Shown: positions 47,710 through 57,006, counted from the first letter of the stretch. The stretch: DNA of 64,000 nucleotides from OM182 bacterium BACL3 MAG-120619-bin3 (GCA_001438145.1 LICD01000001.1:197-64196), one strand, 5' to 3'. Translations and numbers: made by a program. Notes: generated from the sequence alone by a model not told the origin.

Positions 47710-48870
47710 TTGGTTCTTCTCATGCCCCCGATTAATTCTGGTTCTGGCTACGCTGGCCGTAAGTCTTTTCTAGGCTCACAGCTTTTAGTCGTTTTGATCA
47801 ACGCTGTGATGAGCGGTGCCGTTTTGGGTGACTATGATCCTGCTCCCTTTTTAGCGTGGGTAGATGAGACTAAAACGGCGATTGACATTCCCGGTGTCGC
47901 TGTCGCCATCGTAAGCCGGGAGGAGGTGCTGCATCTCGAGACCTGGGGACAGCGAACAGTCGATAAGTCACCGTTGGTGACCTCTAATTCCGTGTTTCGA
48001 ATCGCCTCGATGTCGAAGACCTTTGCGGGTACCGCGGCAACGCTTCTTGTCGACAGCAATCAGCGATCATGGGATAGCCGGTTGAGTGAGATCTTCCCTG
48101 ATATGAGATTAGGCAATGGGCGCTCTTATCGCGACATTACCTTCCGGCAGGTTGCCAGCCATTCTACCGGCCTGATGCCGCATTCTTATTCCAATCTCCT
48201 CGACGACGGTGTCGAGTACGCGGAAATTAAGCCGCGCTTTGGCGATATCCCTGCCGTGTGTAAGCCGGGTACCTGCTACGGCTATCAGAATGTGGTGTTC
48301 TCGCTTATTGCAGATGTCGTCGAGGAAAGTACGGGCGAAGGCTATGAACGATATATCGAAGAAAAGCTATTCCGACCATTAGGTATGACGACGGCGTCTG
48401 TAGGCCTCGACCCATTTGTGGCGAGCGATAACGCGACCAGTCCTCATAGATTGGTGCGCAAGCAATGGCGTCCAACGAGCACGAACCCCGCTTATTACTC
48501 AGCAGCGCCAGCAGCGGGGATTAATGCGAGTGTCTTCGATATGGCGTTGTGGCTAAGGGCAAACCTTGGTGGGTTTCCTGAGGTATTATCGCCGTCGATG
48601 ATAAACGAATTACAAACGCCGGTTATCGAGACGCCGCGAGGTAATTATTTTAACCGCTGGGAAGGCATAGAGAAGGCCTACTATGCTATTGGATGGCGAG
48701 TTTTCGATATCGACGGTGTGCGCGTTATTCACCACGGAGGAGGCGTGCGAGGCTATCGGTCCGAGATGGCCTTTATTCCCTCTGCCAACATCGGGATGGT
48801 GCTGTTGTTTAATGGCGAAACCAATGCTGCGAACGAGGCAGTGCCAGCTTTTCTGCGCGGACTTAAATAA
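47710..48870 (+). CDS. serine hydrolase, beta-lactamase/PBP4*-like (class C-related)
   Basis: Active-site SxxK in FRIASMSKTF, plus a downstream YSN-type motif (PHSYSNLL). Confidence 0.8.
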   Translation: MVLLMPPINSGSGYAGRKSFLGSQLLVVLINAVMSGAVLGDYDPAPFLAWVDETKTAIDIPGVAVAIVSREEVLHLETWGQRTVDKSPLVTSNSVFRIASMSKTFAGTAATLLVDSNQRSWDSRLSEIFPDMRLGNGRSYRDITFRQVASHSTGLMPHSYSNLLDDGVEYAEIKPRFGDIPAVCKPGTCYGYQNVVFSLIADVVEESTGEGYERYIEEKLFRPLGMTTASVGLDPFVASDNATSPHRLVRKQWRPTSTNPAYYSAAPAAGINASVFDMALWLRANLGGFPEVLSPSMINELQTPVIETPRGNYFNRWEGIEKAYYAIGWRVFDIDGVRVIHHGGGVRGYRSEMAFIPSANIGMVLLFNGETNAANEAVPAFLRGLK

Positions 48871-48909
48871 GTCAGCTACAAATTCTCAGCATCTTCCTAA
48901 ATAAGGCAA

Positions 48910-49653
48910 ATGACTATGAACGCAACCCTTGAAATTCTCACTGCGCACCGCAGCATTAGAAAATTTACCGATGAGCCATTGCCCGATGGATTGCTCGAGA
49001 CCCTTTGCACCGCTGCCCAGGCCGCCGCCACGTCGAGTTTTTTGCAAGGCGCCACGCTCATTCGTGTGACTAACCCCGAAAGCCGCAGCACGCTTGCCCG
49101 CTGCGCCGGTGGTCAGGGCTATGTTGAGACCGCAGCAGAGTTTTTAGTGCTGTGCGCCGATCTTAAGCGTGCGGGTAACTACTGCCATAAATACGGCAAA
49201 GAGTTTGAGGGCGATTTCACTGAGCAATTTATCATTGCAACCGTTGATGTCGCCTTGATGGCACAGAACCTCGTTATCGCGGCTGAATCTGTTGGCTTGG
49301 GCATCTGTTATATCGGGGGGCTTCGCAACAATCCGCAGGAGGTGTCTGATTTGCTTGAATTGCCGCGCGGCGTTTATCCGGTATTCGGTCTTTGTCTTGG
49401 CTATCCAGACCAAGACCCCGAGGTTAAACCAAGGCTGCCGCTCCCCGTGATCTTAAAGCAAGAACGCTATAACGAGGAGGGTGATGAAGAAGCCATCACC
49501 GGCTATGACGAAACGATCAGAGAGTATTATGCGACGCGTACAGGGGGTGGTCACGGGATTAGCTGGTCAGAACAAGTGGCTGATCTCTTGTCCGAAAAAT
49601 CGCGCCCACATATGCGAGAGTTTTTGGCAGGCCAAGGCTTCCTTTTCAAATAA
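48910..49653 (+). CDS. nfsA: oxygen-insensitive NADPH nitroreductase
   Basis: Co-linear resemblance to E. coli NfsA as recalled from memory: ...HRSIRKFTDEP..., ATSSFLQ, AAEFLVLCAD, MAQNLVIAAES.GLG..YIGGLRNN, KPRLP. No alignment was run. Confidence 0.85.
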   Translation: MTMNATLEILTAHRSIRKFTDEPLPDGLLETLCTAAQAAATSSFLQGATLIRVTNPESRSTLARCAGGQGYVETAAEFLVLCADLKRAGNYCHKYGKEFEGDFTEQFIIATVDVALMAQNLVIAAESVGLGICYIGGLRNNPQEVSDLLELPRGVYPVFGLCLGYPDQDPEVKPRLPLPVILKQERYNEEGDEEAITGYDETIREYYATRTGGGHGISWSEQVADLLSEKSRPHMREFLAGQGFLFK

Positions 49654-49674
49654 AAGCTCAGCCGGCCTTTTGAT

Positions 49675-50202
49675 TTAATCTTCAGGCACGACGCGATAGG
49701 AGCCTGTGCTGGGCAGGCTTTCGACTGCATCGCTCACCTTACTCGCAATAACCTCGGAAGGGGGAATAGCGTCGTCGCCTATAGAGAATTTGAATTCCCC
49801 ATTTAACAGGCCGCGTTTGCCATCGGTGACTGACCACCGTGCAATGTAGTATTCAGAGTCGGGTAGCTCGAAGCCTAGTGGGTAGGCAAAGCTGTCCGCC
49901 ATGCGGTTAGGGTCATAGGCAAAGCCGATGTTGATCCAGTCGCCTTCGGCCGAGTAGAGCGCTAATTTAAGCAGTGTGACATCGACGCGAAAACTCATCA
50001 TGATCATCTGCGGCGACTCATCGAGTACCGAGTCGTCTGTCGGGAAAGTCACCCCTGGCGTCAATACGCCATGGCTATGTTGCGCCGCAAGCGGTGTTGC
50101 TAGAAAGAGGAGGCTGGCGGCAAATAAACACGGCAGTGAAAGCAGCCGAGAGTGAAACTCTTGTCGCCCTAAGCACCGACGATTGCGACTCCCGTTGACC
50201 AT
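49675..50202 (-). CDS. secreted CopC-fold protein with degenerate copper site
   Basis: ORF trimmed to the ATG at 50202 (alternative 50232). Signal peptide ...ATPLAAQ-HSHG. The SP.MIMMSF..DVTLLKLALY...W.V.DG......G.F.F layout is like CopC, but DGK replaces DGH. Confidence 0.55.
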   Translation of the reverse strand: MVNGSRNRRCLGRQEFHSRLLSLPCLFAASLLFLATPLAAQHSHGVLTPGVTFPTDDSVLDESPQMIMMSFRVDVTLLKLALYSAEGDWINIGFAYDPNRMADSFAYPLGFELPDSEYYIARWSVTDGKRGLLNGEFKFSIGDDAIPPSEVIASKVSDAVESLPSTGSYRVVPED

Positions 50203-50239
50203 ATGCTTGCCCCCAGCTTTTGCTTTTATCATTGCAGCG

Positions 50240-51079
50240 CTACTGTTCGAAATACGCCATACACTGCCGCGATAGCGCACACAGTCTGCCCGACTCTTCA
50301 TATATTCGTCCACTTTGCTGAGTATAGCCATCTGCCGCGGCATCGAGGTCGAAGTCTAGGTAAAACCACTCCCCCTTAACGTCGGCAGGATCCACGATAA
50401 ACTCCAATCCCCAGCTTACCGAACTGGCTGGTACAAACGGTTTGTCATAGTGGCAGAGCAGAACGGGCGGTGGCATATCAGCGATAGCGATTATCTTTTC
50501 GGCAGGATAGTCGGACATATCGCACCGATGCCTCACCCACATGTTCAGCCTGCGTGAGCGCGAGCCAGAGAAAGGCATGGCGTCGCCTACCCAACACCCT
50601 TCAAATTGATTAAGGAATGTCGGCATGCGCGCTGCGTACTCAGCGAATGGAATCCCTTCACTGCGGGGGAGGGGATTGCTGAGAGGGGCCGCTTCCACGC
50701 GAATACCCTCGCGTGCTTGCCCAAACACGCCCAGCGCTTGGAGCGCTGGCCTGCCTTCGCTTAATACTGTCGCGCTACACTGCGTTACATTGCGTCCCTG
50801 GCGCTGTATCGCTGCCTCAACCGAGAGTGGGGCCGGCGGCAGTGGCGCGATGAAAGAAGCCATTAACGAGCGCAGCGCAGGCTGCGGCTCGAGCATCTTC
50901 TTCATGCTGAGGCTGGCAAAGGCAGCGACGAGGCCTCCGAAAGCCGCTCGGCCTTGAGACCAGTTCTCATCAAAATCAGTTTCGTTGGTCGGGCTATGTT
51001 GGAGCCTATCTAAAATATCTTGCAGGGTATTGCCGGTCACAGAGAAAACCTTTTCGAGAGCGAAGATTGCCCCTAACAC
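50240..51079 (-). CDS. acyl-CoA thioesterase (TesB-like double hotdog) family protein
   Basis: NWSQGRAAFGGLVAAFA N-terminal hotdog motif. Size and layout resemble thioesterase-II-like proteins. GTG start. Confidence 0.55.
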   Translation of the reverse strand: MLGAIFALEKVFSVTGNTLQDILDRLQHSPTNETDFDENWSQGRAAFGGLVAAFASLSMKKMLEPQPALRSLMASFIAPLPPAPLSVEAAIQRQGRNVTQCSATVLSEGRPALQALGVFGQAREGIRVEAAPLSNPLPRSEGIPFAEYAARMPTFLNQFEGCWVGDAMPFSGSRSRRLNMWVRHRCDMSDYPAEKIIAIADMPPPVLLCHYDKPFVPASSVSWGLEFIVDPADVKGEWFYLDFDLDAAADGYTQQSGRIYEESGRLCALSRQCMAYFEQ

Positions 51080-51193
51080 GGGCGTGTAATATTCTTAGCG
51101 ATTATAGTTTAGTGAATCAATTATGGCTCTAGTTTATCGTAAGCTACAGTGTTTAGGCTTGGTGCATGGCTGCGACTCACAGGGTAGATCATA

Positions 51194-51880
51194 ATGTCGG
51201 GCGCGGTTATCTTGGGTAGAAAAGTGAAACAGAACAGGGCCGGTGAAAGTAGAGCTATTGATGTGCTGTCGCTCGTAAAGGCGTGGCACCTTGTTGTAGT
51301 GACACTCTGTTCACTTGTTGCAACCTTCGCTGGGGCACAAACCCCCGCAGCTGTCGCCACCTATCCGCGGGCTGCGCTGGATTTCACAGGAATAGTAGCG
51401 AAGACGCAAACGACTCCGCTGGATGATTCAGTGTTCGACTCTTCGCCAGAAAGATTGGCGCTGGCATTCCCTGAGAAGGTGCACCTGGTCAAGTTAATCC
51501 TGCGCAATCAGGCCCACGACTGGGTTGATATCAGCTTTCGTTACAGTCCGCGCTTAGCGAGCGACTTTGAATGGTCTCTACCGAGCTTGCAGGCGGCCGA
51601 TTATTACACGGCAGAATGGGCAATACTCGACGAGCAGGACCGTCTCATTAGGGGGAATTTTAGTTTCTCATTCGGCGAAATGGCGCGCATGCCCTCGCTG
51701 ATTAAAGCCGAGCAGGAATTAGCGTTGCGTCTGAGAAATGGGGAAGACGAGAGCACGCGGTTTATTACCCCGCCGCGAACGGAGATAATTCTTGAACAGG
51801 AGCCGCGCAGTTATGACCCGCCATTTACTCTGCGTTTGGAAAGCCGCGAGAGTAATGAGACCCGTAAAGAAGATTGCTAG
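51194..51880 (+). CDS. secreted CopC-fold protein with degenerate copper site, paralog of 49675..50202
   Basis: The SSPERLALAFPEKVHLVKLILRN...YYTAEWAILDEQDRLIRGNFSFSFG layout parallels the CopC fold. There is no mature N-terminal His and no DxH motif. The start is uncertain. Confidence 0.5.
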   Translation: MSGAVILGRKVKQNRAGESRAIDVLSLVKAWHLVVVTLCSLVATFAGAQTPAAVATYPRAALDFTGIVAKTQTTPLDDSVFDSSPERLALAFPEKVHLVKLILRNQAHDWVDISFRYSPRLASDFEWSLPSLQAADYYTAEWAILDEQDRLIRGNFSFSFGEMARMPSLIKAEQELALRLRNGEDESTRFITPPRTEIILEQEPRSYDPPFTLRLESRESNETRKEDC

Positions 51881-51914
51881 CACAGCTATTGCGCCGGCAC
51901 GAAGAGCTTCACGC

Positions 51915-51986
51915 CAGCAAAGAGAGCTATGTCAGCACAGAGAGCTAAGCCAACACAGAGAGCCACGCCAGCACAGAAAGTCCATC
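51915..51986. repeat. noncoding 18-bp tandem repeat x4 (cagcaaagagagctatgt / cagcacagagagctaagc / caacacagagagccacgc / cagcacagaaagtccatc)
   Basis: Read directly. It lies downstream of the stop at 51880. Confidence 0.85.
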
Positions 51987-52041
51987 TAGCGCCGTGGACG
52001 CAGCCACTAGCAGCCACCAACAACCACTAAGAAGAACGCAT

Positions 52042-52074
52042 AAAAAAACGGCAGTACTCATTATGAGACTGCCG
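52042..52074 (-). terminator. Rho-independent terminator for the minus-strand operon ending at 52106
   Basis: On the minus strand: cggcagtctcat..atgagtactgccg hairpin followed by T7. Confidence 0.8.
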
Positions 52075-52105
52075 CTTTCACGCAAAATCTTATGCGGTGT
52101 TCGCG

Positions 52106-53050
52106 CTATTCAGTGACCCGCACAGTGATGTAGTCGTCGTTATAGAGTCCGCCATCGTCGGCACGTGCCCAGAGGATGTAGGTTCCCGGCTTATCGAAGG
52201 TTGCTTTAACCTCGATCATGCCATCTTCCGGAAGCTCGGGTGGAAGCCACAGTGCGCCCCAGGGGGAGTTGGCTGACGTACGGGTGTCTTCCCATGGTTT
52301 GGGCAATGGTGGATCAAATTCGACGTGCCCTTCTCCTCGGTAGACATTCCACGAAAGGAATAAACCATTCACCTTGCCGACAGTGATGCGAGTAGGGGGC
52401 CTCATCATCCGCCGCATGGCGTCTTTTTCTGAGATTGTGCTGTCTCGACTCGCTTTCGGGATGCCGTCATCTATCACTCGCGTGTTAAGCACCAGAGGCT
52501 CACCCACGCGCACGGTACGAATGTCATCGCCTTGCACTTCGATGGTTGGCTTCACGTTCGAGCGAGACTCGGGGCTGCTTGTTCCAGCGCCCAAAGAGCC
52601 TGTCTCAGAGGCGATAACGATATTATCGACCTGGTAGTCTGGTTTCAGTGTTGCATAGGCTTTGCGCTCTTGGCCGTTAACGTTGAGCGTCCAAACAAGT
52701 TCTCTATCGCCCCAATCTGCGGGCACAACCACCTCGAAATTGAATCGGTTACGTCGCGGCAGAAAGTGCGTTGGCTGGCCTCTATCGGCTTCGCCAGGGG
52801 AAAAAGCGTTGTTCTCGCCTACGGGAACATCAGGCTCTTCTGACCAGTTCTCGTTCATGTAGCCGAACATAAAACTGAACGTGCCGTCTGCATTTGGCCG
52901 CCAACCTTCGTAAGCTGGTTCTATATGCTGCCCCGATTGGTAACTTGTTTGTGCGAGGCTTGGCGAGCCCAAAAGGCTGAGGAGGGTAGTGATGACTGCG
53001 ACGAGCAGGGCTTTCGCCCTGCTTATCACACTACTGGAGTTAACATACAT
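52106..53050 (-). CDS. secreted protein of unknown function (C-terminal Ig-like beta-sandwich signature)
   Basis: Signal peptide ...LLGSPSLAQT. No family recognised. The C-terminus GTYILWARADDGGLYNDDYITVRVTE is Ig/PKD-like. It starts 35 bp after the upstream gene and is probably co-transcribed. Confidence 0.65.
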   Translation of the reverse strand: MYVNSSSVISRAKALLVAVITTLLSLLGSPSLAQTSYQSGQHIEPAYEGWRPNADGTFSFMFGYMNENWSEEPDVPVGENNAFSPGEADRGQPTHFLPRRNRFNFEVVVPADWGDRELVWTLNVNGQERKAYATLKPDYQVDNIVIASETGSLGAGTSSPESRSNVKPTIEVQGDDIRTVRVGEPLVLNTRVIDDGIPKASRDSTISEKDAMRRMMRPPTRITVGKVNGLFLSWNVYRGEGHVEFDPPLPKPWEDTRTSANSPWGALWLPPELPEDGMIEVKATFDKPGTYILWARADDGGLYNDDYITVRVTE

Positions 53051-53085
53051 CGTGTCTTGTTTCTCTCGAGTAATTAAGTAAAAGC

Positions 53086-54519
53086 CTAGTTGGCCGCAAC
53101 TTCGTTGCCTGTCGCTTCACCCTCTTTGTCCGCGATTGGCGCGACAATAGGGGCGAGGCAGAGTGGGCAACCGATAACGTGATCATTCGGTCCGAGATTG
53201 AGTACTTGGCGACGTTCTTCCATCGCTTCATGGAACTGCTCGTCGGTGAGTGTGACGCGAATACCCAGATCGATGAACATGTTTGTTACAGAGCGATTGC
53301 CCGAGCCTTGCCAGTTTCTTGGATCCGGCACGTTCGGGTTAGTCTCTGTATTGTTCATGTAACCGACGATATGCAGTATTGTGCCCTTCGGTAGAATCGG
53401 AGCAGCTTGGTCGGCATAGGGATAGCCGCGCACCCAGTTATGGTCATAGCCTACGCAAGACAGGGTTTCGATAGTGTAGCCCCAAATAGCTTCAAGGCAC
53501 ATACGCTCACCTGGCGCATGAAGGTGCGGCTCGAAGCTAATGATCTTGGTGTGATTTTCAAGCACAGTGTAAGCGTGGAGCTCTTGATCGCGGGCGTTGC
53601 CTTGGATGCTGATGTCTACGCCATTACCCAAACCGATAAACGCATTCTGGTATTTCGGCTTGTAGTCTTTGTCGTGGAAGCGGAAGCCCACCTCGAGGTG
53701 ACCGGTCGTGTCGCGGCCATTCGAGTGTAGGTGAACCGAGTCTGACACTATCGCTGAGCCCGCTTTGAGTAAGCGACCTGCATCTTCGTCGAAGATATCG
53801 GCATTACGACCCACTTCGTGTACTGGCCATGGGATGGAGAAACCTGGCGCACGCTCACCTTTCTCGTCGAGCATCGCAGTGCCCCAGATCATATGGTGGA
53901 ATATGTAGCGACCGCCAACTGTGCCAGAGTCGGCAGAGTTATCGACGTCGTTGACCTCGACGACTTCGACTGATTTCACGTAGCGATCTTCTTCGAGGCC
54001 AGTTGGAATGTAGTCGATTTCACCCCACCAGTCCGGCGTGCCGGCGAGTTTAGTGACATCGTTCATTACGACCACGAGGTCTGGCTTGCCCGCTTTCCAC
54101 TTTAGGCTGTCGTCGAAAGCCATTTGTTCAGGCGCGTCTGCAATGTCGCCTTTTGGCGTGCCGCTGCGCGCCCAAGTAGAGATAGCAGCGATCTCTTCGT
54201 CGCTTAAAGAGGGGTCATCCTTATATTCTTGGATGCCGATGTTCTTTTCCATATACCAAGGGGGCATTGCGCCGGCACGATCGCGAAGACCGGTCTTGTA
54301 TTCGATCAGGCCTGCGAAAGGGGCTACTTCTTCGTAAGTCACGAGAGGCATCGGGCCCGCGCCGCCATCACGGTGGCAGTTCTGACAGCTGCGCTGCAGA
54401 ATCGGCTCGATATCTTTGTGGAAAGTGACTTCGTCTTGCGCTGAAACAGCGCTGGCGAATGACATCGAAAGAGTCATTGCGAGCGCGCTGAGAGCGGATT
54501 GAGCGGTGAAGTTGCGCAT
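53086..54519 (-). CDS. periplasmic cytochrome c domain fused to a PHM/DBH-like (type II copper monooxygenase-like) domain
   Basis: Signal peptide ...ASAVSAQD. Heme-binding CQNCH within FHKDIEPILQRSCQNCH. Downstream are FHHMIWG, SVHLHSNG and PHLHAPGERM, plus later Met residues (GYM, TNMF). This reproduces the HHM...H...HxH...M ligand order of peptidylglycine alpha-hydroxylating monooxygenase. Confidence 0.65.
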   Translation of the reverse strand: MRNFTAQSALSALAMTLSMSFASAVSAQDEVTFHKDIEPILQRSCQNCHRDGGAGPMPLVTYEEVAPFAGLIEYKTGLRDRAGAMPPWYMEKNIGIQEYKDDPSLSDEEIAAISTWARSGTPKGDIADAPEQMAFDDSLKWKAGKPDLVVVMNDVTKLAGTPDWWGEIDYIPTGLEEDRYVKSVEVVEVNDVDNSADSGTVGGRYIFHHMIWGTAMLDEKGERAPGFSIPWPVHEVGRNADIFDEDAGRLLKAGSAIVSDSVHLHSNGRDTTGHLEVGFRFHDKDYKPKYQNAFIGLGNGVDISIQGNARDQELHAYTVLENHTKIISFEPHLHAPGERMCLEAIWGYTIETLSCVGYDHNWVRGYPYADQAAPILPKGTILHIVGYMNNTETNPNVPDPRNWQGSGNRSVTNMFIDLGIRVTLTDEQFHEAMEERRQVLNLGPNDHVIGCPLCLAPIVAPIADKEGEATGNEVAAN

Positions 54520-54670
54520 AATTTAGCGACTCCTAGTAAAGTTTAGAACGATTGAACTGTGAAGAGACACACGCCTGAGCGAAATGACCCGACACGTATC
54601 TGGTTAACTTTCCGAAGATAGCATTGAAAAGGGGCTATTTGGAAGAGGTTGGGACGTTTGGCTGCACGCT

Positions 54671-55450
54671 TTATGCACCGCGCTCGGGGCCTTTTAGCAG
54701 CGCCCAGAGATTGCTGCTCGCCAGCAAACTGGCAAAAACTACAATTAAAGAAAGACAAAACCATTGCAGTGCATAAGACAAGTTCTGATCGACATCGGCG
54801 CTCACAGCCGGCCAGTGTCTCGCCAAAGCACCGTCCTGATCTGCAGTCAGCCTAACCTCGAATGGCCAGACGTCTTCACCCAAGAGCTGACTGACGATAT
54901 CGAGTTCGAGGTCGCGCATGAAAATAGGCCACTGGGACGCATCAATCTCGCTCTCACGAGGCTTCCAGCCAGCGGATGGCACATAGAGCTGTGCGGTCAC
55001 AGAAACGGGTCCCTCGACTGGCGCTGTGCGAATCGTTTGCCCGGGTTTGTTCACCGCGCTCGTCCAACCCCTGCTCACGAGCACTATTTGTCCATTAGCG
55101 CTAAGCCTGAAGGGGGTGACTACACCATAGCCGATCTGAGTCTGGTGGAACTGCCCGAGGAGCAAAATGGTTTTGTCGTTAAGGTATTCCCCCACAAGCG
55201 CGACATGCCGGTTTTGCAGCTCTGGATTAGCGCGGTTGAGGTGTCCATTAGGAATAGACTCGATGGGTTCGGCACTGCTTTTAGACTCGTTCTCCATAAT
55301 TTGCTGCGCATTGACTTTCTCGGCAGCGCGATCGAGTTGCCACAGGCCCAGGCGACCAAAGGCGAGTATTGTTAGTAGAACGCAGGCCAAGATAGGCCAG
55401 TTGATGCGGATACTAAACACGCCAAAAGTGTATTCATTCGTCGATATCAT
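54671..55450 (-). CDS. SURF1 family cytochrome oxidase biogenesis protein
   Basis: N-terminal TM helix followed by FGRLGLWQLDRAAEK, then a C-terminal TM helix with YALQWF. Confidence 0.85.
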   Translation of the reverse strand: MISTNEYTFGVFSIRINWPILACVLLTILAFGRLGLWQLDRAAEKVNAQQIMENESKSSAEPIESIPNGHLNRANPELQNRHVALVGEYLNDKTILLLGQFHQTQIGYGVVTPFRLSANGQIVLVSRGWTSAVNKPGQTIRTAPVEGPVSVTAQLYVPSAGWKPRESEIDASQWPIFMRDLELDIVSQLLGEDVWPFEVRLTADQDGALARHWPAVSADVDQNLSYALQWFCLSLIVVFASLLASSNLWALLKGPERGA

Positions 55451-55494
55451 TTGTTTCTCTAAAGCAATAAATTCAATGAGTTAAGTCGGTATAT

Positions 55495-56886
55495 TCATAA
55501 TTTTTTTAACTGAGCGTCGCTGACTCCGTCAATGCCCGCCAACCCGAGTATGACGAGCAACGAGGCCTGTGGGCCCAGATGCGAGTCTGTAGGCACAAAC
55601 CATTCATCGGGTGAGTGCGCGCCACCGCCCTCACCGCCGCCATCGATTGTGATCGCTGGGATGCCAAGCGACATAGGCACATTCGAATCGGTGCTTGAGA
55701 TGCTCAAGCCGCGGAAATCGACCCCGAGTTGCTCGAAAGCCAGCGAGGTCAGCTGCACAAGCGGACTATCGCTCGGCGTATGGCCCACGGGTCTGTCGCC
55801 AATTAGCACGAAGTCTACGGTTATTTCTCCTCGATTCCAGCGCGCATTCTCTTCGGCAACAGCCTCGAGAGCGGCATCTTTCGCGCGCTGCTCGAGAAGC
55901 GCAAGCTGCTCGCGGTCGTTCGAGCGCATGTCGATAGCGAATACGGCATCCGCTGCGATGGAGTTCACCGAGGTGCCTCCTGCGACAGTGCCGACGGTAA
56001 AGGTTGTTTTCGGTGAGCTAGGGGTTTCGAGATCGCCAATTTTTGCAATCGCGCGACCCATGGCATGGATTGCGCTCGCGAGGCCAAAGGCGCCGAAGGA
56101 ATGACCGCCGGGCCCCTTAAACTGAAACTCGAAGCGCCGACTACCGGTGCCACCATTGGTGATGCGGCCAAGGCGAACACCGTCGATTGAAATAAAGCCG
56201 TCAATAGAGGGATGGTCGCGGAATATAGCCTTTATTCCCCGCAAATCACCGCGGCCTTCCTCGCCGACATTGCCGGCAAACATGATGTCGGCTTCGGTCT
56301 GAATCCCGCTGTCGTTCAAGATGTCGATCACCGAGAGCATGGCAGCGAGTCCGCGTGTGTCGTCGCCAATGCCTGGCGCATAGTAACGCCCATCACGCAG
56401 CTGCACGGTGGTGTCGACACCTTCAGGGAATACGGTGTCAAGGTGGGCGGCAATGAGGAGGAGGGGGCCGTTGCCGCTGCCCTTGCGTACACCAATCGCA
56501 TTGCCCTCGGCGTCTAGGTAGGCGTCTTCTAGGCCTCGTGCTTTAAGCTGTTCTAAAAAATACGCGGCGCGGCGATCTTCCTTAAAGGGAGGCGCAGGAA
56601 TTTCGGTCATACGAAACTGCTCCTGAATCGCCTCAGGTTCTCTGACTTTAAGCTCAGCGAGTGCGGAAACCACACGCGGGTCGCTCAGCACAGCGTCGAA
56701 TCCTCTTCTTACCGAACCATCTATTGCGATAGTGTCTTGCTGCGCTGAACCGACTTGAGCAAAGCACCCAACAGCGAGCGCACAGCTACTCAGTAAGAGG
56801 CGTAAAATTGGGGCTCTTGTTACTGCAGACAGAGCCGGTCTCTGGGGGCGTGATTTTTGTGCAACGAAAAGCGCGACGATTGGCAT
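55495..56886 (-). CDS. secreted M20 family metallopeptidase
   Basis: ORF trimmed to the ATG at 56886. Signal peptide. IAAHLDTVFP, GIGDDTRGLAAML and GNVGEEGRGDL metal-ligand motifs. Confidence 0.8.
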   Translation of the reverse strand: MPIVALFVAQKSRPQRPALSAVTRAPILRLLLSSCALAVGCFAQVGSAQQDTIAIDGSVRRGFDAVLSDPRVVSALAELKVREPEAIQEQFRMTEIPAPPFKEDRRAAYFLEQLKARGLEDAYLDAEGNAIGVRKGSGNGPLLLIAAHLDTVFPEGVDTTVQLRDGRYYAPGIGDDTRGLAAMLSVIDILNDSGIQTEADIMFAGNVGEEGRGDLRGIKAIFRDHPSIDGFISIDGVRLGRITNGGTGSRRFEFQFKGPGGHSFGAFGLASAIHAMGRAIAKIGDLETPSSPKTTFTVGTVAGGTSVNSIAADAVFAIDMRSNDREQLALLEQRAKDAALEAVAEENARWNRGEITVDFVLIGDRPVGHTPSDSPLVQLTSLAFEQLGVDFRGLSISSTDSNVPMSLGIPAITIDGGGEGGGAHSPDEWFVPTDSHLGPQASLLVILGLAGIDGVSDAQLKKL

Positions 56887-57006
56887 AGTTGTTCTCGATT
56901 TTAAGGACGCGAGTGGTAATAGACTTCTGAGGTGGTGATTTTCCCTCGCCAACGCCCCAGATACAATCACCACGCTTGATGCAGGTCATCTAAGAACAGG
57001 ACAAAG

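Noticed and set aside
51915-51986. Tandem repeats considered as a CRISPR array
   Set aside because: The units are directly adjacent with no spacers, they are degenerate, and no cas genes are present in the window.
54764-55375. 203-aa plus-strand ORF antisense to SURF1. Similar long antisense ORFs occur at 4779-5255, 18819-19292, 23238-23708, 55532-56104, 36070-36483 and 28615-29031.
   Set aside because: Each lies fully inside a well-supported gene on the opposite strand. Each has the Arg/Ser/Pro/Ala-rich composition typical of non-coding frames in GC-rich DNA, and none has a recognisable motif.
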